Source: an uncultured Gemmatimonadales bacterium
GTDB taxonomy: Bacteria > Gemmatimonadota > Gemmatimonadetes > Longimicrobiales > Gaopeijiaceae
Length of the DNA stretch: 64,000 bases
NCBI GenBank assembly: GCA_963809895.1
Contig: CAWELD010000010.1
Location: 416,001 to 480,000, forward strand
Direction: 5' to 3'
Position 1 is the first letter of the stretch; every line of letters begins with the position of its first letter. The notes below the pieces were generated by a model that saw nothing but the letters and a program-made list of their open reading frames with translations, searched no databases and was not told the DNA's origin. This document shows, in pieces, positions 31,202 through 40,024 of the stretch. The translations under genes and the position numbers were made by a program.

Positions 31202-32002
31202 ATGCGAACGGCGATGGTGGTGCTGGCGGCGATGACCGTGGGGGCGTCCAACGTGGCGGCCCAGGCAGGTTGGAGCCGGAACTCCGGCGGATGTCCGGAG
31301 GGCTGGGGCGGAGGTGATCGGGAGCGGGCGTGCGAGACCCGCACCCGCACGCTGGCGGCGGGCGGGTCGCTGACCGTGGACGGCGGGCGGAACGGCGGCA
31401 TCGGCGTCGAGGGCTGGGATCGAGACGAGGTCAGCGTGACCGCCCGTGTGCAGGCGAACGCCCGCAGCGCATCCAGAGCCGAGGAGTTGGCGGCTGCGGT
31501 TCGCCTCCAGGCCGACGACGGTCACCTGAGCGCCCGCGGACCCGACACGGGTCGCGGGGAGTCGTGGTCGGTCAGCTGGGAGATCCGGGTGCCCCGACAC
31601 CAGGATCTGCGGCTGGAGGCCCACAACGGCGGCATCTCCGTGGTCGGCATCGACGGCCGCGCCGAGCTGCGCACCGTCAACGGGGGCCTGCGACTGGAGG
31701 ATCTGGCGGGCGAGGTCGACGGCCGCACCACCAACGGTGGCGTCCACGTCGTGCTGTCCGGCGCCACCTGGGACGGTCGCGGGATGGACGTGGAGACCAC
31801 CAACGGCGGCATCGAGCTGGTGGTGCCCGACGACTATTCGGCCGAGCTGGAGACGGGCACCGTGAACGGCGGCATCGACCTGGACTTTCCGGTCAGCGTC
31901 CGCGGCCGGCTGAGCCGGATCTTGACGGCCACGTTGGGCGACGGTGGCCCGCCGGTACGCGTGCGCACCACCAACGGCGGCGTGCGGGTGCGGCGGCGCT
32001 GA
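31202..32002 (+). CDS. Secreted DUF4097-like beta-strand repeat protein
   Basis: Signal peptide; repeated (T/H)xNGG(I/V/L) motifs. Confidence 0.85.
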   Translation: MRTAMVVLAAMTVGASNVAAQAGWSRNSGGCPEGWGGGDRERACETRTRTLAAGGSLTVDGGRNGGIGVEGWDRDEVSVTARVQANARSASRAEELAAAVRLQADDGHLSARGPDTGRGESWSVSWEIRVPRHQDLRLEAHNGGISVVGIDGRAELRTVNGGLRLEDLAGEVDGRTTNGGVHVVLSGATWDGRGMDVETTNGGIELVVPDDYSAELETGTVNGGIDLDFPVSVRGRLSRILTATLGDGGPPVRVRTTNGGVRVRRR

Positions 32003-32026
32003 CCGCTGCGCCGACGGCGCCCCGGC

Positions 32027-33289
32027 TCACCCGTCGGGAGCGCCCACCGTGCCCGGGTCCACACCGGCGGACCCGGGCACCGAAGCATCCAGCACGTGCC
32101 CGCTGGAACGGGGCTCGGGAAGCAGGAACCATACGATGAGCCCCATCCCCAGGACCGAGACGGCTCCCACCGTCGTGTTCGTCCAGTAGCCCACGTTGGC
32201 GAAGAGCGGGCCGGCCAGCGCGCTTCCCACGGCGTAGCCCAACTGGCCCAGCGCCACGGTGAGGCTCATGAGGGAGCCCCGCCGGTGATCGTCCACCAGC
32301 GCCGTGAGCAGTGCCGAGAAGGGGCTGGTGCGCATGGCGATGAGCACCATGGTCATGAAGAACATGGGGTAGGCCACCCAGAACTCCTTGACCAGGATCG
32401 TGGTCAGGAGCATGACCGTGGACAGGCCCACGCTGGCCAGCAGGATGATGCCTTTGCGACCGATGCGATCCGAGAGATTGCCGGCCCGCGGGCCCGTCAG
32501 GACGTTCGCGATCCCCCCGACGAAGAAGAGCGTCGCGATGGCGCCGCTGGTAGCGTCCAGGGAACGCTCCAGCCAGGTGGGCAGATAGACCACGTACAGG
32601 GCGATCCCCAGGTACATGAGGAAGAACGCGAACGACGCGAAGGCCACCTCGGGACGGCGCAGCATGGCCAGATAGTCCCGGAGCGCGCCGCCGGCCGTGA
32701 TGCGGCCCTCGGTGCGTTTCACGTCGGGCTGAGGGATGCGGAAGAGCACCAGGAGGAAGGTCAGGGCCATGGTGAGCGCGAAGACGTAGAACGGCGCCTT
32801 CACGCCCAACCGTCCGGCGATCACGATCCCCAGGGGAATGCCGATGATCTGGCCGAAGGCGGAGCCGCTCATGATCCACCCCGTGGCCCATCCCCGGCGC
32901 TGGTAGGGAAAGTAGTCGCCCACGTAGGAAACGGCGGACCCGCTCAGCACACCGCCGGCCATCCCGGCCAGGATGCGTACGGCCAGGAAGGACTTGTAGC
33001 CGACCACGAAGCCGTGCAGCACCAGAGCGCCGGTCATGATGCCCGCGCCCATGAGGAGGATCCGACGTCGGCCGATCTTGTCGGAGATGGGCCCGGAGAT
33101 GATGGCGAAGACGCCCACCATGAGCGCGTAGACGGAGACCAGGGTGCCCAGCGCCGCGTCGCCGATGCTCAGCTGTTTGCCGATCTGGGGAAGGATCGGC
33201 GAGATGATCATCACCTGGCTGGCCGAGGAGAAGACCAGCAGCCAGAGGGTGAAGACGATCAGGTTGGGCGACGGATCGCGGATCTTCAC
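32027..33289 (-). CDS. MFS transporter (DHA1-like)
   Basis: About 12 TM; GPISDKIGRRR and NLSDRIGRK motif A copies. Confidence 0.9.
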   Translation of the reverse strand: MKIRDPSPNLIVFTLWLLVFSSASQVMIISPILPQIGKQLSIGDAALGTLVSVYALMVGVFAIISGPISDKIGRRRILLMGAGIMTGALVLHGFVVGYKSFLAVRILAGMAGGVLSGSAVSYVGDYFPYQRRGWATGWIMSGSAFGQIIGIPLGIVIAGRLGVKAPFYVFALTMALTFLLVLFRIPQPDVKRTEGRITAGGALRDYLAMLRRPEVAFASFAFFLMYLGIALYVVYLPTWLERSLDATSGAIATLFFVGGIANVLTGPRAGNLSDRIGRKGIILLASVGLSTVMLLTTILVKEFWVAYPMFFMTMVLIAMRTSPFSALLTALVDDHRRGSLMSLTVALGQLGYAVGSALAGPLFANVGYWTNTTVGAVSVLGMGLIVWFLLPEPRSSGHVLDASVPGSAGVDPGTVGAPDG

Positions 33290-33321
33290 AGAAGGGGGGA
33301 GGTCGGGCCGCGAGGCGCCGG

Positions 33322-34098
33322 CTACCCGTCGTCCTTGTGGACCAGCATGGCATGGCGCTGGTCGGTGGGCATGAGGACCATCTGGAAGACGTCGACGTGC
33401 TCCGGCGCGTTCAGGGCGTAGAGCACCGCATCGGCGATGTCCTCGGGCGCCAGGGGGGTGTAGCCCTGATAGACCTTCTCGGCGCGCTCCGCGTCACCGT
33501 GGAAGCGCACCTCGCTGAACTCCGTCTCCACCAGGCCCGGATCGATGGTGGACACCCGCACCTGGGTGCCCAGCAGGTCCATGTTGACCCCTTCGCTGAG
33601 CGCCAGCACCGCGAACTTGGTGGCGGCGTAGACGTTGCCCCGGGGGTAGGTCCAGCGCCCGGCCACGCTGCCGATGTTGACCACGTGCCCCCGGTCCCGC
33701 TCGACCATGGCCGGCAGGAAGGCACGGGTCACGTAGAGGAGCCCCTTCACGTTGGTGTCGATCATCTCGTCCCAATCGTCGGGGTCGCCCTCCTGCAGGG
33801 GGTCCAGGCCTCGCGCCTTGCCGGCGTTGTTCACGAGGATGTCGATGCCCTCGCCGTCGTCCTGCAACTCGTCGCGCAGGTCTTCCACGGCGGCCCGGTC
33901 GCGCACGTCCACCGTCGACGTCCGCACGCGGATCCCGTGCTCGGCGCGCAGTTCGTCCGCCAGCGCCTGCAGGCGCTCGGCTCGGCGGGCCAGGAGCACC
34001 AGATGGACGCCGTGCGAGGCGAGCGCGCGGGCGCAGGATTCTCCGATGCCGGCGGTGGCTCCGGTGACGAGGGCGGTGCGACCTGCGATGCGGTTCAT
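33322..34098 (-). CDS. SDR oxidoreductase (YdfG-like, NADP-dependent)
   Basis: TGATAGIG, LVNNAG, MIDTNVKG, YAATK, PGLVETEFS. Confidence 0.9.
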   Translation of the reverse strand: MNRIAGRTALVTGATAGIGESCARALASHGVHLVLLARRAERLQALADELRAEHGIRVRTSTVDVRDRAAVEDLRDELQDDGEGIDILVNNAGKARGLDPLQEGDPDDWDEMIDTNVKGLLYVTRAFLPAMVERDRGHVVNIGSVAGRWTYPRGNVYAATKFAVLALSEGVNMDLLGTQVRVSTIDPGLVETEFSEVRFHGDAERAEKVYQGYTPLAPEDIADAVLYALNAPEHVDVFQMVLMPTDQRHAMLVHKDDG

Positions 34099-34262
34099 GG
34101 CGCCAGGGTGTGGGTGGTCGAGCGTCGACGGATCAGGAGAATAGGCCCGCGGGGGCCACGGGCCAAGCGACACGCGATGGACAGAACCGGACGCGATGCG
34201 TACCGTGGCACGAGGTCGTCCAACGTCCGAGCCCGCCCGGTCCCCGCCCTTCCAGTGGAGCC

Positions 34263-35600
34263 ATGGCCCTGAACGAGTCTCCCGCCCCGACGGACGGGGT
34301 GTCGCCATCGGACCACGAGTACGATCGCCGCGCCGTGTGGGGCTGGGCGCTCTACGATTTCGCCAACTCGGCGTACACGACGCTCATCGTCACCTTCATC
34401 TACGCGGTCTACTTCGCCCAGCAGATCGCGCCCGACGGCATCACGGGCACGGCGCTGTGGTCCCGGGGGGTGACGGTGACGGCCGTGCTCGTGGCTCTGG
34501 CCTCGCCGGTGCTCGGGGCCCTGGCCGACCGCGGCGGGTATCGCCGCCGCTTCCTGCTGGCCACGACCGCGATCACCGTGGTGTTCGTGACGCTCCTCTA
34601 CCTGCCGGGCCCCGGTGAGGTGGGGCTCGCCCTGACGTTCTTCGTGGTGAGCAACGTGGCCTTCGAGCTCAGCGGGGTGTTCTACAACTCGTACCTGCCC
34701 GAGGTGGCGCCGCCGGACCGCATCGGCCGGGTGTCGGGCTACGGGTGGTCGCTGGGCTACCTGGGAGGGCTGCTCGCCATGGCGGTGGCGCTCTTCGTCT
34801 TCATCCGGCCCGAGCATCCGCCCTTCGGCCTGTCGGCGGAGACCGGTGAGAACGTCCGCGCCACCACCGTGCTGGTGGGCGTGTGGTTCGCCGTGCTGAG
34901 TCTTCCCATGTTCCTGTGGGTGAAGGAGCCAATCGGGCGAGCGCGTGCGGCGCCGGGGCGGGTGGTGGCCGATGCGTTCCGACAGCTCGGCACGACGTTT
35001 CGCGAGATCCGCCGCTACCGCCAGATCTTCCGGCTGCTGGTGGCGCGCATGTTCTACAACGACGGCCTGGTGACCATCTTCGCCTTCGGCCCGCTCTTCG
35101 CGGCGGAGACCTTCGACTTCAGCCTCACCGAGGTCCTGTACTGGGGACTCGCGCTCAACGTCACCGCGGGTCTCGGGGCACTCCTGATGGGCTTTCTGGA
35201 CGACCGCGTGGGCGGCAAGCGCACGGTCCTGCTCACCCTGGTGGGACTGCTGATCGGCGCCACCTGGGCCGTGACCTCCACGAGCAAGTTGAGCCTGTGG
35301 CTCGCCGGTCTGTGGGTGGGGATCTTCGTGGGACCGAACCAGGCCGCCAGCCGCTCGCTCCTGGGCCGTTTCGTGCCCCGGCGCATGGAGACGGAGTTCT
35401 ACGGGTTCTTCGCCTTTTCCGGAAAGGCCATCGCCTTCATGGGGCCGTTCCTGCTGGGAATCGTGACCGAGACCTTCGGCTCCCAGCGGGCGGGAATGGC
35501 TACCATCGTCCTCTTCTTCCTCATCGGCGGAGCGCTCCTCCTGGGGGTGGACGAAGGGGAGGGGCTGCGCCGGGCGGAAGCCGAGGTGTCAGCGGCCTGA
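34263..35600 (+). CDS. MFS transporter (UMF1/Atg22/BtlA-like)
   Basis: WALYDFANS, FYNSYLP, GWSLGYLGG, FYNDG, QAASRSL, EFYGF. Confidence 0.88.
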   Translation: MALNESPAPTDGVSPSDHEYDRRAVWGWALYDFANSAYTTLIVTFIYAVYFAQQIAPDGITGTALWSRGVTVTAVLVALASPVLGALADRGGYRRRFLLATTAITVVFVTLLYLPGPGEVGLALTFFVVSNVAFELSGVFYNSYLPEVAPPDRIGRVSGYGWSLGYLGGLLAMAVALFVFIRPEHPPFGLSAETGENVRATTVLVGVWFAVLSLPMFLWVKEPIGRARAAPGRVVADAFRQLGTTFREIRRYRQIFRLLVARMFYNDGLVTIFAFGPLFAAETFDFSLTEVLYWGLALNVTAGLGALLMGFLDDRVGGKRTVLLTLVGLLIGATWAVTSTSKLSLWLAGLWVGIFVGPNQAASRSLLGRFVPRRMETEFYGFFAFSGKAIAFMGPFLLGIVTETFGSQRAGMATIVLFFLIGGALLLGVDEGEGLRRAEAEVSAA

Positions 35601-36719
35601 ATCCCCCTGGTCCGAGCCCGAGCTCGCCGGGGATCCCTCCACGTCCTCGGGCGGCAGTCTCCATTCCCGTCCGCGGACCCAGATGGCGCCGGCCAGCGCG
35701 ACGGTGAGGGGGAGCACCACGCCCAGCACCACGAGCCCGAACTCGTCCTGGTACTCGTGGTCGGTGACGTGGAGCGCCAGGTACACGAGGTAGAGGATGT
35801 AGTAGAGGAGGAAGACCGCCCCCTCGCGGCGTGAGATGCGGGCGCCCGTCCAGAACACCGGCAGACAAGCCGCGCCCACGGCCACCATCACGGGGAGGTC
35901 GAAGGTGCGCACGCCGGCAGGCACGGGAAGGCCCGCCTTGGCCGCCACCGATGCGATACCCAGCACGGCCAGCAGGTTGAAGATGTTGCTGCCCACCACG
36001 TTGCCCACCGCCAGGTCACGCTCGCCCCGGAGGCTCGCGATGATCGAGGTGGCCATCTCGGGCAGCGAGGTGCCGGCCGCGACCAGCGTCAGGCCGATGA
36101 CCAGCTCGCTCACGCCCGCGGCGCGGGCCACCGTGGTGGCGCCGTCCACCAGGAGCGAGGCGCCGTAGACCAGTCCGGTCAGCCCGGCCACAGCCAGCAG
36201 CACCGAAAGGGGCCAGGCACCCTGCCGGGCTCCGCCATCGCTCCCGCGGTCGTCGGGGTTCTTGAGCGCGAGCCGGCCCAGGTTGGCGAGGTAGAGCGCC
36301 AGGACCGTCAGCAGGAAGATGCCCTCGCCCCTGGAGATGAGGCCGTCGAGTCCCAGGAGCAGCGGCAGAAGGGAGACGCCCACCATCACCGGTACGTCGT
36401 ACCGCACCAGCTGGCGCTTGACGGCGAGGGGGGTGATCAGGGCCGAGACGCCCAGGATGAAGAGCACGTTGAAGATGTTGCTCCCCACCACGTTGCCCAG
36501 CGCCACGTCGCCCCGCCCGCCCACCGCCGCCTCCACGCTCACGGCGACCTCCGGGGCCGACGTGCCGAAGGCCACGACCGTGAGGCCCACGACCAGCGCG
36601 GGGATCCCCAGACGCCGAGCCAGCGAGCCCGCACCGCGCACGAGGGCTTCCGCGCCGGCCGTCAGCAGGATGAGCCCGGTGACCGTCTCCAGCAGCGCGA
36701 GGAGGGTGGGGGAGGTCAT
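35589..36719 (-). CDS. Calcium/sodium antiporter (YrbG, CaCA family)
   Basis: Two alpha-repeats: GTSAPE...GNVVGSNIFN and GTSLPE...GNVVGSNIFN. Confidence 0.93.
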   Translation of the reverse strand: MTSPTLLALLETVTGLILLTAGAEALVRGAGSLARRLGIPALVVGLTVVAFGTSAPEVAVSVEAAVGGRGDVALGNVVGSNIFNVLFILGVSALITPLAVKRQLVRYDVPVMVGVSLLPLLLGLDGLISRGEGIFLLTVLALYLANLGRLALKNPDDRGSDGGARQGAWPLSVLLAVAGLTGLVYGASLLVDGATTVARAAGVSELVIGLTLVAAGTSLPEMATSIIASLRGERDLAVGNVVGSNIFNLLAVLGIASVAAKAGLPVPAGVRTFDLPVMVAVGAACLPVFWTGARISRREGAVFLLYYILYLVYLALHVTDHEYQDEFGLVVLGVVLPLTVALAGAIWVRGREWRLPPEDVEGSPASSGSDQGDSGR

Positions 36720-36749
36720 GCCGGGGCGCGGTGCGCTATACTCTCATGC

Positions 36750-37619
36750 ATGCGATGGCTCGTGCGCTTCTTCGTTCGTTGGATGCCCAGGATGTGCGTC
36801 CTGGGCGTCGGACTCGCCGCGCTGGTCTGGCTCTTCCTTCCCTGGCCCCTCACGCTGCGCTGGCGCGATCCGGGCACCACGGCCCTGATGCGCTACCGCA
36901 TCCAGGAAGCCCGCCAGCGGGGCGACACGTTGGAGCTGCGCCACGAGTGGGTCCCCCTCGCCCGCATGGCGCCCACCGTGCCCCAGGCGGTGATTACCGG
37001 CGAGGACGGGCACTTCCGCAGCCACCACGGGGTGGACTGGTCCGCGCTGGGCGAGGAGCTCCACTACGACGGTACGCCTCCGTTCTCGATCCTGGATCCC
37101 GCCGACCTGGCGGCGCTGGCTCGGGCCGTACGCTACGGCGTCGAGCACCGCAGCGAGGTCAAGGGACGGAGCACCATCACCCAGCAGCTGGCCAAGAACC
37201 TCTATTTCACCCCCGAACGTAGCCTGCTGCGCAAAGTGGCGGAACTCTTCATCGCCCAGCGGCTCGAGTGGCTCCTGTCCAAGGATCGGATCCTCGAGCT
37301 GTATCTGAACACGGTGGAGCTGGGCCCGGGGATCTTCGGTGTGGAGGCGGCGGCGCAGGCGTACTTCGGCGTGCCCGCGTCGCGCCTCAGCCGGTGGCAG
37401 GCCGCGAGCCTGGCGGCGACGCTCCCGCAACCGCTGAGCTCCAATCCGGACCTGAACCCCGGGCGCATGGCGTGGCGCAGGGACCTGATCCTGCGCTACA
37501 TGAACGGAGGTGGCGAGGTCAGGATTCCCGACGCCCCACCCCCCGTGCCGACCCCGCAGCTGGACATCCCGCCACCCCCCGACACCATGCCCGAGCCCCC
37601 TGGAGGAGAAGGACCGTGA
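36750..37619 (+). CDS. mtgA: Monofunctional peptidoglycan transglycosylase
   Basis: EDGHFRSHHG, STITQQLAKNL, RKVAE, KDRILELYLN, GVEAAAQAYF; no transpeptidase domain. Confidence 0.85.
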   Translation: MRWLVRFFVRWMPRMCVLGVGLAALVWLFLPWPLTLRWRDPGTTALMRYRIQEARQRGDTLELRHEWVPLARMAPTVPQAVITGEDGHFRSHHGVDWSALGEELHYDGTPPFSILDPADLAALARAVRYGVEHRSEVKGRSTITQQLAKNLYFTPERSLLRKVAELFIAQRLEWLLSKDRILELYLNTVELGPGIFGVEAAAQAYFGVPASRLSRWQAASLAATLPQPLSSNPDLNPGRMAWRRDLILRYMNGGGEVRIPDAPPPVPTPQLDIPPPPDTMPEPPGGEGP

Positions 37620-37843
37620 GCGACGACGCGCCCAGAGACGACGACGCCGTGCCGGACGCCCGGCCCGACGAGCCCGACCGTTCGCCGCGCATCACCTTTC
37701 GCGGCAACCGCCACCGCCGCCGGTTCTACCTGCCCTGGCCGGTGCTGGCGCTGCTGGGAGGGTTGGTGGGATGGCTGGCCGGCGGGTGGCCCGGCGCGAT
37801 CTTCGGCTTCGTGGTGGGATTCCTGGCCTGGAAGCTTCGCTGA
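37616..37843 (+). CDS. Small membrane hypothetical protein
   Basis: GTG overlapping the upstream stop after GGAGAAGG; Gly-rich hydrophobic hairpin. Confidence 0.5.
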   Translation: MSDDAPRDDDAVPDARPDEPDRSPRITFRGNRHRRRFYLPWPVLALLGGLVGWLAGGWPGAIFGFVVGFLAWKLR

Positions 37844-39075
37844 GCACCACCGGCGTCGCCGTCGTGGGCGCTGGTGCCGCGGGGCTGATGGCGGCCCGGT
37901 TCGCGGCATCCGAAGGGGCCGACACGCTCCTCCTGGAGGGCACCGAGGACGGCGGACGGAAGATCCTCATATCGGGAGGGGGCCGCTGCAACGTCCTTCC
38001 CGCCCGCTTCCAGCCCGGGCGGTTCGTCACGGGGTCGTCACCCAACCTCGTGCGTCGCCTGCTCCGGGCCTGGCCACTGGCGGAGTTGAAGCGGTACTTC
38101 GAGGAGATCCTGGGGCAGCCGCTGGCGCTGGAGGAGGAGAGCGGGAAGCTGTTTCCCACCTCGAACCGCGCGCGCGACGTACGAGACGCCCTCGTCGACG
38201 CGGCTCGCCGGGCCGGGGCGCGGCTGCGCTTCGGGGCGCGCGTGACCGACGTGCGGCCCGCCGACGGTGGCTGGCGGCTGGTGCTGTCGGAAGGCGAGGA
38301 GATCCGGGCGCGGCGTGTGATCCTGGCCACCGGCGGGCTGTCGGTTCCACGGACCGGCTCCGACGGCTTCGGCCTCGGGATCGCCCGCAAGCTGGGGCAC
38401 CGCGTCCACCCCACCTATCCGGCGCTCACGCCGCTCACGGCCGATCCGCCGGTGCACGCCGAGCTCGCCGGCGTATCCCTCGCCGTCACCGTGACGGCGC
38501 CGGGGGCGAGGCCCCGTTTCTCGACCCACGGCGGTTTCCTCTTCACCCACCGTGGATACAGCGGACCCGCAGTGCTGGATGCCTCGCACCTGGCCGTACG
38601 CTCGCGCATGGAGGGCTCGGGGCGGCAGTCGCTGCGCGTGTCCTGGGCCCCGCTGGATCGTGAGGCCTGGCAGGAGCGATTCCTCGGGAGAGTCGGAACC
38701 GTGGGCGGCGTGGTCGCGCCCGACCTGCCCACTCGGCTGGCCCGGGCGCTGGTGGCCGAGACGGGGGTGGCGTGGGAGCAGCCGTTGACGAGGCTCCGCC
38801 GCGAGGATCGAGCCCGTCTCCTGGCCGTGCTCACCGACTACGATCTGCCGTGGACCGGCGACGAGGGCTACCGGAAGGCCGAAGTGACGGGAGGCGGCGT
38901 GGCGTTGTCCGAGATCGTGCCGGGCACGCTGGAAAGTCGCCGCGCTCCCGGACTCCACCTGTGCGGAGAGATGCTCGATGCCTTCGGCCCCATCGGCGGA
39001 CACAACTTCCTGTGGGCGTGGGCCACCGGGCGCACGGCGGGCGCCGGCGCTGCGCGTGGCGTCATCGAGCGCTGA
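37840..39075 (+). CDS. HI0933/BaiN (YhiN-like) flavoprotein; start codon uncertain
   Basis: VVGAGAAG, GRKILISGGGRCN, LATGG, FTHRGYSGP, AEVTGGGV, GPIGGHN. Confidence 0.88.
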   Translation: MSTTGVAVVGAGAAGLMAARFAASEGADTLLLEGTEDGGRKILISGGGRCNVLPARFQPGRFVTGSSPNLVRRLLRAWPLAELKRYFEEILGQPLALEEESGKLFPTSNRARDVRDALVDAARRAGARLRFGARVTDVRPADGGWRLVLSEGEEIRARRVILATGGLSVPRTGSDGFGLGIARKLGHRVHPTYPALTPLTADPPVHAELAGVSLAVTVTAPGARPRFSTHGGFLFTHRGYSGPAVLDASHLAVRSRMEGSGRQSLRVSWAPLDREAWQERFLGRVGTVGGVVAPDLPTRLARALVAETGVAWEQPLTRLRREDRARLLAVLTDYDLPWTGDEGYRKAEVTGGGVALSEIVPGTLESRRAPGLHLCGEMLDAFGPIGGHNFLWAWATGRTAGAGAARGVIER

Positions 39076-39235
39076 CGGCGCTCCCCCGGGAATCCTGGCG
39101 TGGCACGTGGTGACGTGCCCATGATTGCGGCTCGTCCCGTGAATTCCTGAGGAGGTGAAGCGCCATGATGATCCGCGGTCGTGAGGTCACGTCGACCTGG
39201 GGTGCCCGTGTCGACGCGGCGTGGGAGCGCGTGGC

Positions 39236-39748
39236 ATGAAGGTCCTGGGTGGAGTGGGGGCGCTGGCGGCGCTGGCGGCGGGCGTCTGGGTCCTCGCCTG
39301 CGAGTCGGACCAGGCGGCACCCGGAACCGCGGAGCTCCGGGCGCCGGCCGGTAGCCAGAGTCGGCGCATCGAGGTCATCCAGCCGGAGGGCGTGGCGCGC
39401 CTGCCGGTATTCTCGTCGGCGATCCGGGCGGGGGGCTTCATCTTCCTGTCCGGGGCCATCGGCACGCTGCCGGGGACCATGGATCTGGCCGAGGGGGGAG
39501 CGGGGGCGGAGACGCGTCAGACGATGGAGAACGTCGAGACCGTGCTGGACGCCGCCGGCGCCACACTGGACGACGTGGTGAAGTGCACCGTGTTTCTGGC
39601 CGACATGGCCGACTACCAGGCCGTCAATCAGGTCTACCAGGAGTTCTTTCCGAACCGCCCGCCGGCTCGCTCGGCCGTGGCGGGCAGCGGCCTGGCCCTC
39701 GGTGCCCGGGTGGAGATCGAATGTCTCGCGCTGGCGCCCGAGGGTTGA
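39236..39748 (+). CDS. RidA/YjgF family protein with lipoprotein-like leader
   Basis: FSSAIRAGGFIFLSG, VVKCTVFLADM, PPARSAV, VEIEC; N-terminal ...VWVLAC. Confidence 0.88.
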   Translation: MKVLGGVGALAALAAGVWVLACESDQAAPGTAELRAPAGSQSRRIEVIQPEGVARLPVFSSAIRAGGFIFLSGAIGTLPGTMDLAEGGAGAETRQTMENVETVLDAAGATLDDVVKCTVFLADMADYQAVNQVYQEFFPNRPPARSAVAGSGLALGARVEIECLALAPEG

Positions 39749-39867
39749 CCACCCCCGGGTGGGGAGCCGCCGTAATCATTTCACCGGCTCGTTCGTCTAA
39801 TAGACAGACGACGGCGTCGGAGGTGTCGACGCCACCGGCATGCGCCGGGGGTCGGTCAGACGGTGCG

Positions 39868-39889
39868 TGTGGTGTGGTGTGGTGTGGTG
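39868..39889. repeat. Pentanucleotide simple repeat (TGTGG)x4
   Basis: tgtgg tgtgg tgtgg tgtgg tg, with degenerate GGTG(C/A) units on either side. Confidence 0.8.
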
Positions 39890-40024
39890 AATGCGGTGCG
39901 GTGATGCCGTGCTCGACAGGCCCCCGGCCATCCGCCCGGGACGGCGGCGGGAGGTTAGCTCCTCGCCGCCGTTCCTCCTATCTTGGGGCAGGGTGGGTGG
40001 ATCGTTCGGGGGGAGGATGATGCG

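Noticed and set aside
39102..39119. Inverted repeat GGCACGT-GGTG-ACGTGCC as a sigma54 promoter
   Set aside because: TGGCACG is present but there is no TTGC at -12; a 7-bp stem is weak evidence at this GC content
39783..39856. tRNA gene
   Set aside because: The pairing is cloverleaf-like, but there is no TTCRA T-loop, no D-loop GG, no CCA, and arm lengths are non-standard; kept only as an ncRNA candidate
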